DNA of 63,786 nucleotides, filler included, from Octopus bimaculoides (Eukaryota), in the NCBI RefSeq assembly GCF_001194135.2. It is 6 parts of 6 records of this genome, joined end to end, with 100 filler letters (N's around TTAATTAATTAA, not from the genome) between each part and the next. Parts side by side here need not be neighbours in the genome. Positions count along the whole stretch, not along the records: positions 17,748 to 44,574 come from NC_068995.1; positions 44,675 to 50,894 come from NC_068981.1; 4 more parts are not named here. One strand, 5' to 3'. The first letter of the stretch is position 1, and each line of letters starts with the position of its first letter. Shown piece after piece: positions 35,209-49,330 of this stretch. A program made the position numbers and the translations under genes. The notes beneath the pieces were generated by a model that saw only the letters and a list, made by a program, of their open reading frames with translations, ran no database searches and was not told the DNA's origin.

Positions 35209-36603
35209 CATATGTTTGACTTTTGCTTTGTATTTTGTACAAGTTGGCTCCAAGTCTCACCCAGATACCTCAAGAGACAACAAGTTAGAAGTTCATGTTG
35301 GTGTTATGCCTAGGGTGTCATACATTTGGTTTTGCACATAATATTGTTAAAGAAAACATAAGAAAAGTATGAGTTTGTTTTAAAATTTGAGATTATATAG
35401 ACAGTGTTTTACGTAAGATATGGGCAGTTCCCATGAGCACTATATTTTGAATTTTTGCCATTTTGGGGTTTCCTGGTATCTGAGCTAAGTAGCAATCAGC
35501 CCATTTTGCTATCATTCTTAGAGCTCCTATGACAACAGGTATTGTTTTAGTCTTGAGGTTCCACATTTTGCTAATTTCTATTTCAAGATCTTTATACTTG
35601 CTCAGTTTTTGGTAGGTCTTGACAGGTCTGGGACAGTCATATCAATGAGGAGGCATGGTTCTTGTCTGAAGTCTTTCAATAAAATGTCTGGCCTATTCGC
35701 ATCTATCTTTCTGTCAGTTTGAATGGCGAAGATCCAGAGGAGTGAGATGTAATGATTTTCAAGCACTGGAGGTGGTTTGTATTCCCACCAGTATTTATCA
35801 TGGGGCAGGTCCAGGTTTTTGCAAATTACCCAGTGAATATATTGTGCTGCTCTATCACGCCTGCTGAGATACTTTGTAGGCGCAAGACTGCACATGGAGA
35901 CAACATGATCGATGGTTTCATTTTGTTGTTGACATACACGACATGTTGGGTTACTACCGTTCTTTAATATGTTGGCCTAGTAGTTTCTTGTAGATAGGCA
36001 TTAATCTTGGCCTGCTAGGATAAACCCTTCTGTTTCTGATTTTAAGACAAAAGATACTAGCCATTGATGGGTAAGGGCTTTGTCAACATCGGCACTATTA
36101 GCGCTCTTTGAGTTTTTGCCATTGAGAGGTTCTTCTTGCCATTTATCAGAAAGAAGATCTGAAGCACCAAGTTTAGCATGGGTTTTATACGCTTAGCTTT
36201 TTCTGTGCTTGTTTCTAGTTCGTCTAATTCTGGAATTTGTTATATTTGGAATTCACTTAGATATTCCTTTGTCTGTGTTGTTACTGAGTATGATGCTTTC
36301 TCGTTTTCATGCTTTGAGACAAGTTTTAACATCCAGTCATCAGAGTTTTTCAGGTAGGTGTCTAGGCCAATTGTGGCAATCTTCATTGTTAATTCCAGTT
36401 GTGAAAGTCCACGGCCACCCTCTTCTCTTGGCAGGTAAAGTCGTTCTATATCTGCCCTAGGGTGGTGCATTCTATGCATTGTCAACAATTTTCGTATTTT
36501 TCTGTCAAGATTACATATTTCAGTAATTGACCAGTTAATGATATTGAAACTGTAAGTCACGACTGGCATGGCTAAAGTATTGATCGATTCGATCCTGTTT
36601 CTT
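35209..36603 (-). mobile_element. 5'-truncated R4/Dong-like non-LTR retrotransposon
   Basis: INTLAMPVVTYSF...RLYLPREEGGRGL (RT thumb), a decayed CCHC, ANRPDILLKD...LLIDMTVP and KYKDLEIEISKMW (restriction-like endonuclease), stop near 35393, 3' UTR, then (TAA)n. Confidence 0.9.
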
Positions 36604-36949
36604 TACTCGGTGAATTGTGTCCTAGAGGATATAATTGTATAAAATTTTGAGCTTCGTCTACCTTTTTTTTTCCCTCTCATTAGTATTATGACATCGAAAC
36701 CACTAAGTTTCAATAAGGAGGTAGCATGAAAGAACAAAAGCTCGAGAACAACAACAACAATTGTTACGACAACATTGTTAACAACAGAAGCAACAGCGAC
36801 ATCAACAGCAACAACAAAAGAGACAGAAACAATAACACAACAACAGTAAAAGCAGCAGTAGCAGCAACAACAACACCAACAGCAATAACAATAGCGGCAA
36901 CAACAATAACAAAAATATCGCCGACGACAAAATAGGCGGTGAGGTACAA

Positions 36950-37960
36950 GCAATCTTTCACTGGGATAATGCACGATCGGCTAAATATCTTGCGCTTTCT
37001 GTAAACAGCAACAAAGACCGCCTGGCACAAGCAAAACAACTAGTAGAGGCGAACGGGAGAAATGCACAGATCGCCATCCCAGCCGAAGTTTTGGCAGCAC
37101 CAAGGCAGTAGTGTAGTACTGTGTGTGTGTTCTAAAACTCGACATCTAGAAGTAGCGACACACACACAGGTGGAATGAGTTCTGAAAGAAATATAGGCAG
37201 ACGTAGAGTATGTCACCAGGGCAAAACAGTTCGAGGCGTGTCCTCTTCAAGAGCGAAGACCTTGTATTGAAACACTCCACATCTCCTATATACAACACAG
37301 AATTTCCCCTCTACCTAGCTTATTTAGGGAGAATGACCCGTCGTGCCTACATAGAATTCCAACTGGGTTGGACATCTGGTGGTTGGTAGCTTGAGTTATT
37401 TTAAACGGAAGCGACACACTCCGCAAAATAAAACGAATGGAGGGGAAATTTTGGTCCGGGACCACGGTGGAAAGCTTCCTCCAGATTAAACCGGAGGAAG
37501 TGGAAAAGATCGCAGACCAAATTCATTGACCCAAAAGAGTGGATCTGCATATTGCGATTGAGGGCAGAGAGTCAAGATTTCACTTATGCGGTGCGGAAGG
37601 TCACTTTAGAGCTTTCTGTCCTCAACAAAAAGCTGAAGACAAGAAACTCTCATGCCGTCAATGCCACTGCCCCAACGGCAGTGGAACAACAACAGCAGCA
37701 CCAGCACACACAATAGTAGCAACAGCAACAACGACACCCACAACAGTAGAACTTAAGCGTGCCACCCAGGAAACCAAATCCCCTTCTGTTAATATTCCGA
37801 TCTCTCCACCCTTTTCAAACACACATGCAAACATACCTCCACTCGCACCTGTCATCAGATCTTAACGTTCAAATATTATCTTCCGAGGAGAGACACCCGA
37901 GAAAATCAATCAATCAATCAATTAATCAATCAATCAATCAATCAATCAGTCAATCATTCA
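36950..37960 (+). mobile_element. Gag-like/ORF1 remnant with a degenerate CCHC knuckle and (AATC)n tail
   Basis: LHIAIEGRESRFHLCGAEGHFRAFCP (CX2CX4HX4C with the first Cys lost) preceded by frameshifted protein-like sequence; followed by a Thr/Pro-rich tail and (AATC)n. Confidence 0.55.
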
Positions 37961-38789
37961 ATCTATATATATATTTAGAGGGATATATTATCCGGGCGGA
38001 TACCGTGGTAGCTCTCAGTTATGTTACAGGTTACGGCTAACTGCATCGATTAGTATTTAACGTCTATGACTGTTACGAGTTGTTACTCACGCTGTAAATT
38101 CCTCCGATGGACAATTCCGTGTTCGCTTCTCCGGATGTTAATATTATCTGGAATGTATATTAGCAATAATTATAACGATATAGAATATGGAAAATTGTTC
38201 ATCCTCAAAATTTATTTCCTTTTATTTTACAATTTCATACACCATATTCTTTTGGTTATTACGGTCTACATGTGTTTCCACTGCACAGAGTGTGGGCAGT
38301 TGCACATGCAACCGGGCATAATTTTCAGTGTTGCTTCTTTCAGGGTCCATCCACCAGATAGTCTCGAAGCGAGCTGTATATATATATATATATATATNNN
38401 NNNNNNNNNNNNNNNNNNNNNNNNNNNNNNNNNNNNNNNNNNNNNNNNNNNNNNNNNNNNNNNNNNNNNNNNNNNNNNNNNNNNNNNNNNNNNNNNNNNN
38501 NNNNNNNNNNNNNNNNNNNNNNNNNNNNNNNNNNNNNNNNNNNNNNNNNNNNNNNNNNNNNNNNNNNNNNNNNNNNNNNNNNNNNNNNNNNNNNNNNNNN
38601 NNNNNNNNNNNNNNNNNNNNNNNNNNNNNNNNNNNNNNNNNNNNNNNNNNNNNNNNNNNNNNNNNNNNNNNNNNNNNNNNNNNNNNNNNNNNNNNNNNNN
38701 NNNNNNNNNNNNNNNNNNNNNNNNNNNNNNNNNNNNNNNNNNNNNNNNNNNNNNNNNNNNNNNNNNNNNNNNNNNNNNNNNNNNNNNNN

Positions 38790-39785
38790 AAAGTTTGAAA
38801 ATTTTGATAATTTCAGCCAATCGTAAGCCACAGACACATTCATGGCTGTTTCCATAGTAACAAGCGGAACATGAGAACTTTTTTGTCTGCGAGAAAGCAC
38901 GCGTTGACAAATATATTGAAATCACTTGTTTTACCTGTCTGTTGCCAATTGAGCATGTGAATTTATGAACTGGTCAACAAAATGTTTGTTTTTTTTAATA
39001 TTTAATTTACAACGTGTTGTTCATCGCATTTGCTTTAAATGCATATTGAATACTCAAAACTACTTCTTTACTCATTTTTTTTTGTCATTGAGGTGGTTGT
39101 GAGGTGTGCTAAAAATAACAGCTAAATAACGTTTTTTAGATAAATCTTTTAAATTAACATAAACATTTAATTTGCACGAAAGAAAATTGCCGGAGTATTT
39201 TTATCTAATTCTTCCAAATCTTTCTGTTAAAGCTGTATTGAAACCATTTGTCGGGGAAAAATTGTAATGTGTTGCTCATCGCATTTGCATTAAATACATA
39301 TTGAATGCTTAGAACTACTTGTTTACTCGTTTCGTTTTGTCATCGAGGCGTTTGTGAGGTGTGCTAAAAATAACAGCTAAATAACGTTTTTTTTTTTTGA
39401 GATATCTATTGAATCTATTGAGATATCTATTTAATGCTTCAAACTACGAAACACATGTTGTTTACAAATATTGACAACACGTGCTATTTTCAGGATGCTG
39501 TGCTCCTGCATCACCGCAGTCAAATGACTGAAACGAGTAAAAGAATAAAAGAATAGAAAAGTCACGCACAAAATGACAAATCCTGTTTACTGATTGGGTG
39601 AAAATGATCAAATTTTAAACCTCTATAACTTTTTAAAAACCTATTTCTGGAAAAAGTGAAATAACTCTAGCAATTCAGCTTGGAAAAATATATTATTGTA
39701 CCAAACTTTTAAATTTTCGATAAACTTTAATTTTTGAAATGCTGGTAGCCAAACCAACTAGATTGCTTTTAAAGTACTGCTGAAT
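38790..39785. mobile_element. Probable non-autonomous DNA transposon arm with internal direct repeats
   Basis: A unit of about 125 bp (gtgttg.tcatcgcatttgc...gtgctaaaaataacagctaaataacgttttt) occurs at about 39015 and about 39268; it ends in ttttaa. The left end is lost in the gap. Confidence 0.4.
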
Positions 39786-41043
39786 CACATTCAGTCTCCT
39801 TTCTTTTATATACTTTTGTATAATTAGCTTTCTTTCTTTACAGAGTAGCTCATAGATTCAAGTTGACACAAGTTAAAATACCAAAACTATGTATAGAGTG
39901 GCAGTAAAGATAAAAATATAATTTTCAAAACAAATTGAGTAAATTCGTTGATAGAAGCGAAAACAAAAAATAAACCAAAATCAAATTAATGCAGAAATAT
40001 AAATCTAAACTGACATTCTGTCTTTTTCTGTTTTTTATCTTTTTATTCTATTGTAAAGGTTTTTTTTTTGTCTTAAGGCAATGGACTCGAAGTATCTTTT
40101 ATTTTTATTGTCAGTAACTGTTTTCCTTCAAATGATCCCTTTTCATTACTCCCAGCATGATATCTACTTGCTCTACTCGAAAAACTTAATTTCATTTATT
40201 TTTGTTCAGAAGAAAGCCTTTTGATAGTCAATGAGATTCTTAACTAACATGAACGTATTTATTCGCCTTTACCCATTTATACACACACACACACACATAC
40301 CGATACAGACATATTTGTATATACACATTTATATATCAACACACACACACTGTCTTTTCTATATATTTACTTCTGCTTTTATCTCCAAGCTCTACACAAA
40401 CCCTAATTATGCACTCACACATCTGCAAAATCCAGATACATGTGTACTTACATCCATGCCCACATATACTTTCACGCATACCAACTATTGGCAAATCTCG
40501 TGTTTTCTCGTTAGCTTAGATCAATGTTTTTACTCCCAAACATTCCTTGTACTTTACTAAATTTTCGTTTCTTACCAATGTGTATTTATTTAAATATACT
40601 AGTCATTCATTATATGAAAATATTTTAACTGCACTTTCTAACAAATAACATATAACCATTATTTGATTATAACTGACACTTTCAAATCGTTATATGGTTA
40701 TGGTTGGTACTTTCAAATTATTATAATCATTACATCATAGATGTGAACAACAATACTAACTTGTCCACTTATTTTAATGTACATTTTTGGTGCAATAAAA
40801 ATATCAATATTATTTTGAACCTTGTATAATTTTTTCTAAACTCTACAAATGAACTTTTTATCTGTACTTTCTAGCAACTGATGCATAACAATCATTTGAT
40901 TATCATTGGCACTTTCTAATTATTGTAATCATTATATCGTACATGTAAACAACAACACTAACTTGTTATTAAAAGTCAGCAACTTATTTTAAATAACATC
41001 TTTTCGAGACAATAAAGATATCAGTATCACTTTAAACATTATA

Positions 41044-41799
41044 TCAGGTCATCCCATAAGTATGTCCGATTTTACCTTTTTTTTTTAATTGAATGAAATT
41101 TAATAGTATTTTAGAATGTCTAATGGAATCTAAAATTATTTTTTATGCATTTGTGTACATTTAAACTAATTAAATATTACATTACAGAATAATAGAATTA
41201 AAATTTCTTTGATTAAAACCCATTCTAACATGGAAGTATCCAAAGAGCATTTGAGGTGCATAATGCTTTATGAGTACAAAAAGGAAACTCTGCAGCCGAA
41301 GCAACTCGAAACATGCACTCAGTTTATAGGAAAGAATGCTTGAATGAAAGAACTTGCAGAAGATGGTTTGCAAAATTCAGAAGTGGAGATTTCAGCCTTG
41401 AAGATGAAGATCGAACAGGACGTCCAGTTGAGTTTGATGATAAGCTCCTTGAGGCATTACTTGGAGAAAATCCTGCATTATTAGTTGAAGAATTGGCAAA
41501 AAAAATTCCTCATCCACCTTATTCTCCCGACCTTGCTCCTTCAGACTACCATTTGTTTCGTAGTTTACAGAATCATTTGGGGGACATAATTTTTCCAAGA
41601 CAGGAGGAGGTTGAAACTGAAATTTCAGAGTTCTTCGCTTTGAAACCAAAAGAGTTTTACATTAATGGGATTAAAGAGCTTGTAAATAGATGGAAGGAAG
41701 TCATAGATAATTAGGGAAAATACATTGATGATTAAATATAACATTTGATCACTTGTTTTCTTTATTCAAAATTCGGACAGAACTTACGGGATGGCCTGA
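41044..41799 (+). mobile_element. Internally deleted mariner (756 bp)
   Basis: TIRs tcaggtcatcccataagtatgtccg / cggacagaacttacgggatggcctga with TA flanks. The HTH region is fused to PHPPYSPDLAPSDYHLF...RWKEVIDN; the first two catalytic Asp regions are missing. Confidence 0.95.
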
Positions 41800-42539
41800 T
41801 ATATTTTTTCTAAATTCTAGAAAAGAACATTTCAGCCTATGGTTGCATGTGAGAATTATCTCTGCCTGTTAATCCTTACATAACATTATCTCGAGTGTCC
41901 CTTCCGGGTAAAGGTTATATACTTTAGAATGCATTATACGGATTTTTGCAGTCCAGGTGATGTAATTTCTTTCTTTCCTTTTCAGACCCCACAGTGACGT
42001 GCAATGTCTCTTGCAACTGTTCAAAAATATTTATACGTCTATTTGTCTTTTTTTTTCTCGCTTCCTTTAACGAATTTGGTCTAATTGTTTTGAAATTTGT
42101 ATTTTTACTTTTACTGCCACTATATACATATCTTTTGGTATTTTAACTTGTGTCACCTTGAATCTATGTACTATTCTGTAAAGAAAGAAAGCTAAATATG
42201 CAAAGATATATAAAAGGAGATTGAACGTGATTCAGCAGTGTTTTAAAAGCAATCTACCTGATGAAGTGCCGACGTACAGCTGCTGCTGGATCATGTTTAT
42301 ATAATTATTTATAAAATAATTTATGCAATGGTTTGAGACTGAAAACTCAGCAACTTGCAGCTGTTGCTACTGCACAGAAACACGTATTATAATTTGTAAT
42401 TAGAGGCTGTTTGTTCCATCTTCTTGTACTATAAATTTTTACATAAATTATTTATACAGAGTTCCACATGGTTATTCAGATCAAAGAATAACCCTACTGT
42501 ATTAAAACATAGGGTATAGAAGCTTATTACCCAGATAAT

Positions 42540-42571
<32 letters not shown>

Positions 42572-43657
42572 AACACCAAATACACGTAGATGAGGGCCTT
42601 ACAATTGCCCATGGTTGCATGTGTTGTTCACACATATGATGCGGAATATGAACGTAAAAAAATAAAATAAAATAAAATAAATTAATTAAAAAGTCTCTAT
42701 CTGATCTGATATAAACGAAATTGTTACAAACANNNNNNNNNNNNNNNNNNNNNNNNNNNNNNNNNNNNNNNNNNNNNNNNNNNNNNNNNNNNNNNNNNNN
42801 NNNNNNNNNNNNNNNNNNNNNNNNNNNNNNNNNNNNNNNNNNNNNNNNNNNNNNNNNNNNNNNNNNNNNNNNNNNNNNNNNNNNNNNNNNNNNNNNNNNN
42901 NNNNNNNNNNNNNNNNNNNNNNNNNNNNNNNNNNNNNNNNNNNNNNNNNNNNNNNNNNNNNNNNNNNNNNNNNNNNNNNNNNNNNNNNNNNNNNNNNNNN
43001 NNNNNNNNNNNNNNNNNNNNNNNNNNNNNNNNNNNNNNNNNNNNNNNNNNNNNNNNNNNNNNNNNNNNNNNNNNNNNNNNNNNNNNNNNNNNNNNNNNNN
43101 NNNNNNNNNNNNNNNNNNNNNNNNNNNNNNNNNNNNNNNNNNNNNNNNNNNNNNNNNNNNNNNNNNNNNNNNNNNNNNNNNNNNNNNNNNNNNNNNNNNN
43201 NNNNNNNNNNNNNNNNNNNNNNNNNNNNNNNNNNNNNNNNNNNNNNNNNNNNNNNNNNNNNNNNNNNNNNNNNNNNNNNNNNNNNNNNNNNNNNNNNNNN
43301 NNNNNNNNNNNNNNNNNNNNNNNNNNNNNNNNNNNNNNNNNNNNNNNNNNNNNNNNNNNNNNNNNNNNNNNNNNNNNNNNNNNNNNNNNNNNNNNNNNNN
43401 NNNNNNNNNNNNNNNNNNNNNNNNNNNNNNNNNNNNNNNNNNNNNNNNNNNNNNNNNNNNNNNNNNNNNNNNNNNNNNNNNNNNNNNNNNNNNNNNNNNN
43501 NNNNNNNNNNNNNNNNNNNNNNNNNNNNNNNNNNNNNNNNNNNNNNNNNNNNNNNNNNNNNNNNNNNNNNNNNNNNNNNNNNNNNNNNNNNNNNNNNNNN
43601 NNNNNNNNNNNNNNNNNNNNNNNNNNNNNNNNNNNNNNNNNNNNNNNNNNNNNNNNT

Positions 43658-44547
43658 GACCTTGCTCTCTTGGTATGATACTGCAAGATCGCCGAATATC
43701 ATGTCGTCAGATAGCCAAGAGACTGGGCATCTCAATTGAAAGAGCAGACAACATTGTTACGAAAGAACTTGGGTTCTCAAAGGTTCCCGCAAGGTGGGTC
43801 TCTCGCCTTTTGATTCCTGAGTGCACCAGGTGCACTTTGTCCCCGAGCAATCTGGAACTGTTTGAAGCCGATGAAGAGAATTTTCTTGCTCATTTCATTA
43901 CTATGGACGAAAAATGGGTTAATCACTACCAGCCTGAAACCAAAGAACAATCAAAGCAGTGGAAGCACACATCTTCACCTACCCCAAAGAAGGTCAGTGT
44001 CATTCTTTCAACTGGCAAGGTCATGGCGTCCGTTTTTTTTAAAATTCTCAATGTGTCTTGATGATCGATTACCTTGAAAAGGGTCACACCGTGACAGGGC
44101 TCTATTATTCTCAGCTACTGAAACGTTTCCGAGAAGCATTCAAAGTAAAAAGGCCGGGAATGCTCACTAGAGGAGTCCTTTTTCATCACGACAATGCTCT
44201 AGCCCACACCTCAGTGGTTGCCATGGCAACAATTCGTGATTGTGGATATGAACTTGTTCCCATCGGCCTTAATCGCCAGACTTATCCCCCTCTGACTTTC
44301 ATCTATTCCCTAAAATGAAAAAAAGCCCTGGCTGGTCGTCATTTTGCTAGTGACAATGACATCATAGACGCTGTATGAAGTTTCTTGGAGTCCCAAACAA
44401 AAGAGTTCTTCTACACCGGGATAATGGCGCTTCAGCACCGCTGGAGAAAGTGTTCAGCTATCGAGGGGGACTATGTTGAAAAATAAATCATCAGAAGCCT
44501 TGTACCATGTCTTTTTGAGGCTCAAGACTTTTCATACACCCCTCGTG
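43658..44547 (+). mobile_element. Mariner element, 3' two-thirds (5' end in gap)
   Basis: FITMDEKWVNHY, VLFHHDNALAH and a frameshifted SPDL.PSDF; right TIR ...ttttcatacacccctcgtg followed by TA. Confidence 0.9.
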
Positions 44548-44916
44548 TATATATATATATATATATATATATATNNNNNNNNNNNNNNNNNNNNNNNNNN
44601 NNNNNNNNNNNNNNNNNNTTAATTAATTAANNNNNNNNNNNNNNNNNNNNNNNNNNNNNNNNNNNNNNNNNNNNTACACATATACACACAGACACACACA
44701 TGTATATAGGTATATACATTTGTGTGTATATATGCAGACGAATATACATATATATATATATGTGTGTGTGAAGCTTTAAAACGTATGGACGTTTAACATA
44801 TATACATTTTGACCCATTGTACCGTAAATACACAATAAATACAAATGTGTGTGCGTGTAAAAACATACATAAATATCCGTCTGTCTGTCTCTGTCTCTCT
44901 CTCTCACTGCCTCTCG

Positions 44917-44964
<48 letters not shown>

Positions 44965-45519
44965 GTATATATATATATATGTATTTCATTCTCTATACAG
45001 GGTTTTCATCACTTTCCTCTAACCATTTCACTTACTTCTGCGCCTGCCATACCATTACCTAATCCAAACTTTTTCCTCTAAATATTTCGCTTACACATAC
45101 ACACCTTTCTCACAGCTTATCCCTTGCCGTTAGGCGTCCATACATGCAGACAACTTCGTACATACACATAAAACATATTTCACACACACACACACAGACA
45201 CACGCGTCTCTTATCAAGTGCACATAAAACATCCTCCATACATACATACACCTCTCCCGATCAGCAACTGTACACACATACACAACGCCACATCTCCGCC
45301 CTTCCTCCCACCACAGAGAAGCGCAACATTTTCTCAACCATCTCTTCTCATTCTATCGTTCCCACTGCTAAAGATCTTACGTCCGAAGCATCAAGAGTAT
45401 GCGGAGCCATAATCTAATATAATATTTTCTAAAACTTATCTTTCTCGTGTTCATTTTGTCTCCTCATCACACACACACAAACGCACACACATACACACAC
45501 GCATTTATGCGCACGCATA

Positions 45520-45712
45520 TCCATCCATTCATCCATCCATCCATCTATCCACCCATCCACCCATCCATCCATCCATCAATCCATCCATACATGCATACAT
45601 ACATGCATACATACACATACACATACATACATACATACATACATACATACACATACATACATACATATACACACACACACATACATACATACATACATAC
45701 ATACATACATAG
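45520..45712. repeat. Compound (ATCC)n/(ATAC)n microsatellite
   Basis: Directly visible; one of many (CA, TA, GA, TAA, TACA) tracts in the window. Confidence 0.95.
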
Positions 45713-48515
45713 AATATTTCGAATGACTTGAGTGTAACTCTGACGATCAGTAAAATCTAAGCTGTCGATCTGCATTAGAAATTAGATGAAATTATTTTCG
45801 TGATTTGATTTTGAAACTGGGGAAATGAAAATTTGAGAGGAGACAAAAAGCTGGATATGAAAGTGAAACCGCTATTAGTATTTTTACAAACTGCCCACAG
45901 TAGAGATTAGAAATGGAAACAAATAAAACAGAAAACGAATATTAAGATGTGATGGAGTCCTGATGAATTCAGGAGCGTATGAATTGCCTGCTGTGAACGA
46001 GTCAGAGACTGTCTTTTTACCAACTATTTGTGTTGAGAAGCGATCATAAAATTTTAATCCATGGCAGTTTTTAATTAATAACGCAGCTTGTTTTGAAATA
46101 GCATATAATTGGTATTTCTCCTATGTGTGGCCAATATGGACAGTTTTACGACAATATTTTAATAATGCCACGTTAATAAGTTTTATACCGTCTATTTATG
46201 ATGTAGTTTTAGCTAAAGTGGGTAATGTTAATTTCTTGATTCTGTTCTCTAAAACTCAACTAATTACTTTAAAATTGTAGATAGGATTTTTAGGAATATT
46301 ATCAAATAATATATTTTTAGCGTAAGAAATTGTACTTGCTTTTATTTTGACTTATACATACATACATACATACATACGTATATATGCATACATACATACA
46401 TACGTATATATGCATACACACATACGTATATATGCATATATACATACTTACATACATACATGCATACATACATATATATATGCATATATACATACATTTA
46501 CATACACACGCATACTAACAGACACACACACACACACACGCACACACACACACACACACACATATATGTCCAGCCATCGCCATGATCGACCGCTAGCCAC
46601 TAAAGCTATTTTATTCTCTCTCTCTCTCTCCTTATTTTCTCGTGCTCCTTTGTGTTCAAAGGCTCGAAACGTAAAAGACTTTCTCACTCTCTCACGTTCC
46701 CGAGCGTGAAAACAATACACCTATTTGTTGTTTATACACCTGTCTTCGTCTTTGTTTTTTTTGTAAGTTCTAACTATATATATATAATTAAGATACAATT
46801 GAATTAGATACTTAAATGGAGTCACCTTGTTTGGTCGATCTAATTCACAGACTCAAACAATATCAGGTGAATATCAAACTCTGTGCAGAAGTTTATGCAC
46901 TTGATATTCTTGCAGTGTATGCAGATACCACAACACACCTTAGTGAAGAAATCTGCTCTTGGTTGCTCAGAAATGTGTTTTCTATAAAATCACTTTCCAT
47001 GGTATTTCCGAACTGCAGATTCCAGAGTGGGTGAATAAAATATAAATGTGTAACAAAGATGTTTAGGTGTCAATTCACATCAATTGACACCTTTACATCT
47101 CAGTTAAAATCAAACTTAAGTTTTAAATTTGTTTAGAATGAAAACTGCCTTGTCAGTAAGCCGACAAAGCACGTTCACTGTCTATGGCTACCTGGCGTCA
47201 TCCACGGTAAATGCGCAATCATCGCTAGATTTACGTTAAGAATTCTTCAGTGCACGTTGAGTAATGTAGAAACAATTGGTACGGAAGTTAGAATATACTG
47301 GAAACTTGAATTATCACAGAGATTTCGGCACATCCTGCACTACTCCCTCGTGGGTAGGAAACAATACAATGGCTTACAGAGCAACCCACAGAGCAGAAGC
47401 ATATCTTCAGGTAATATGACTCAGTTTCTAGTTGCATAGGTGATGTTTAAACTTAACTAGACCATGTTGATAGTCGATTTATTCGTATAATTCAGTATCA
47501 TTTCATTTTATCGCCACATCGATATGACCGTCCAACTGGACAGTCATATTGATGCAAGGTATACATTTCAACCAGAGGATTGAACCTCTATAATCTTCTA
47601 GCAGACGGACGAGCTCACCAGACTTTATAGTTTTGGACTATTTGCGCCCATCGTCAGTGGGGAACACCAAGCTGCTACAAGATTTTAAGGATTCGCTCCC
47701 TTGATTTCAATATATACCGGGTAAAGATTGCACCGATAACCAGGTGAAGACAGCGCCACATTGGGTTAAAAATGATAGTAATGTCGAACAGTCATATTAA
47801 TTTAGCGATAAACATTACTTCTCCATATACTTGCTACTTTCACTTCCTATGGGGATTTCCTAACTAGCTTCTGTTCACATTCGCTGGTTTCTATGAATCG
47901 GATTTAGGTGAGGGTGGGAAATCACCTATTAACATTCATGTTATGCATTTCCATCTTTCCATTTCTCCTCCACCAATTTTATTCATAACTAATAACCAGG
48001 TTGTTTACGTTGCTAGCAGTTCAATAATTGAATCAATTTATATAAGATTATAAATGTAATTTTCTTTCCTTTAGACTATAAGCCGATGGAGAGGTAAACG
48101 TAAACAAGTAAGTGAGAAGCATCTTCTGTCGATATACGCATGTGCGTATGTATGTATGTATGTATGCATGCATGCGTGTATGTATGTATGTATGTATGTA
48201 TGTATGCATGCATGTATGTATGTGTGTGTGTCTGTATTTATGTATGTATGTATGTATGTATGTATGTATGTATGTATGTATATACGTATGTGTCTATATT
48301 TATGTATGTATGTATGTGTGTGTCTGTATTTATGTATGTATGTATATCTATATATAAAAATAAAATCGATCACATCGGCGCCGTAGCTTAGATACCGCTA
48401 TAATAGGTACTAGATATTAAAAAAAATATGTCCTGGGGTCGGTTTTTTCGACTAAAACCCTTCAAAGATTTGCCCCGGCATGGCCGTAGTCAAAGGACTG
48501 AAACAAGTAAATGAT

Positions 48516-48594
<79 letters not shown>

Positions 48595-48631
48595 ATGTGT
48601 GNNNNNNNNNNATATATATATATATATATAT

Positions 48632-48955
48632 ATATAGGATGTGAGGGGTAAATTGTCAACAGTTTATATTTTATTTCACGTATTCGCGTTGTTTGTTTTT
48701 GATTTTGTCGTCTCCACACTAGAGTAGGGTCAGTTGGGTACCGTGTGTGAGAAAAACAGCAACATAATGCAATTCACTCTGCCAAAGATTTGCAAACAAC
48801 ATGCTGTACTGATTGGCATTCGTTCCGGAAGCTCCACTGCGAACATTTCAGAGTGTTTGGGTGTCAATCTGAGGAGAGTACAGAGGATTCGGAAAGAATT
48901 AGATGGGTCTAATGGTGATTACGAAGGTACGGCAGCTCGGAAAACTCACTCTTGA
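48632..48955 (+). mobile_element. Tc1/maT-like transposon 5' fragment, truncated by a SINE
   Basis: HTH-like KQHAVLIGIRSGSSTANISECLGVNLRRVQRIRKEL after a ta-taggatgtg TIR-like start. Confidence 0.55.
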
Positions 48956-48956
48956 T

Positions 48957-49181
48957 TCAGTCATTTGACTGCCGCCATACTGGAGCACCGTCTTTTTAGT
49001 CTAGCAAATCGACCCCAGGACTTATTCTTTGTAAGCCTAGTATTTATTCTATCAGTTTCTTTTTGTCGAACCGCTAAGTTACGGGGACGTAAACACACCA
49101 ACATCGGTTGTCAATCGATTTTAGAGGGACAAACACAGACACCCAAGCACACACGCACACATACATACATACATATATATA

Positions 49182-49234
<53 letters not shown>

Positions 49235-49330
49235 GACGGGCTTCTTTCAGTTCCGTCTTCCAAATCCACTCACAAGGCTTTGGTCGGCTCGAGGCTATAG
49301 TAGAAGACACTTTCCCAAGGTGCCACGCAG
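48957..49330 (-). mobile_element. OR1-like SINE
   Basis: Reverse complement of the 14156 and 22162 copies. Confidence 0.85.

Noticed and set aside
42686-43735. Long ORFs in the track (also 18.5-19.4, 38.0-38.9, 52.2-53.1, 55.9-56.9 and 58.6-60.1 kb)
   Set aside because: They run through N gaps; the X runs are not coding evidence.
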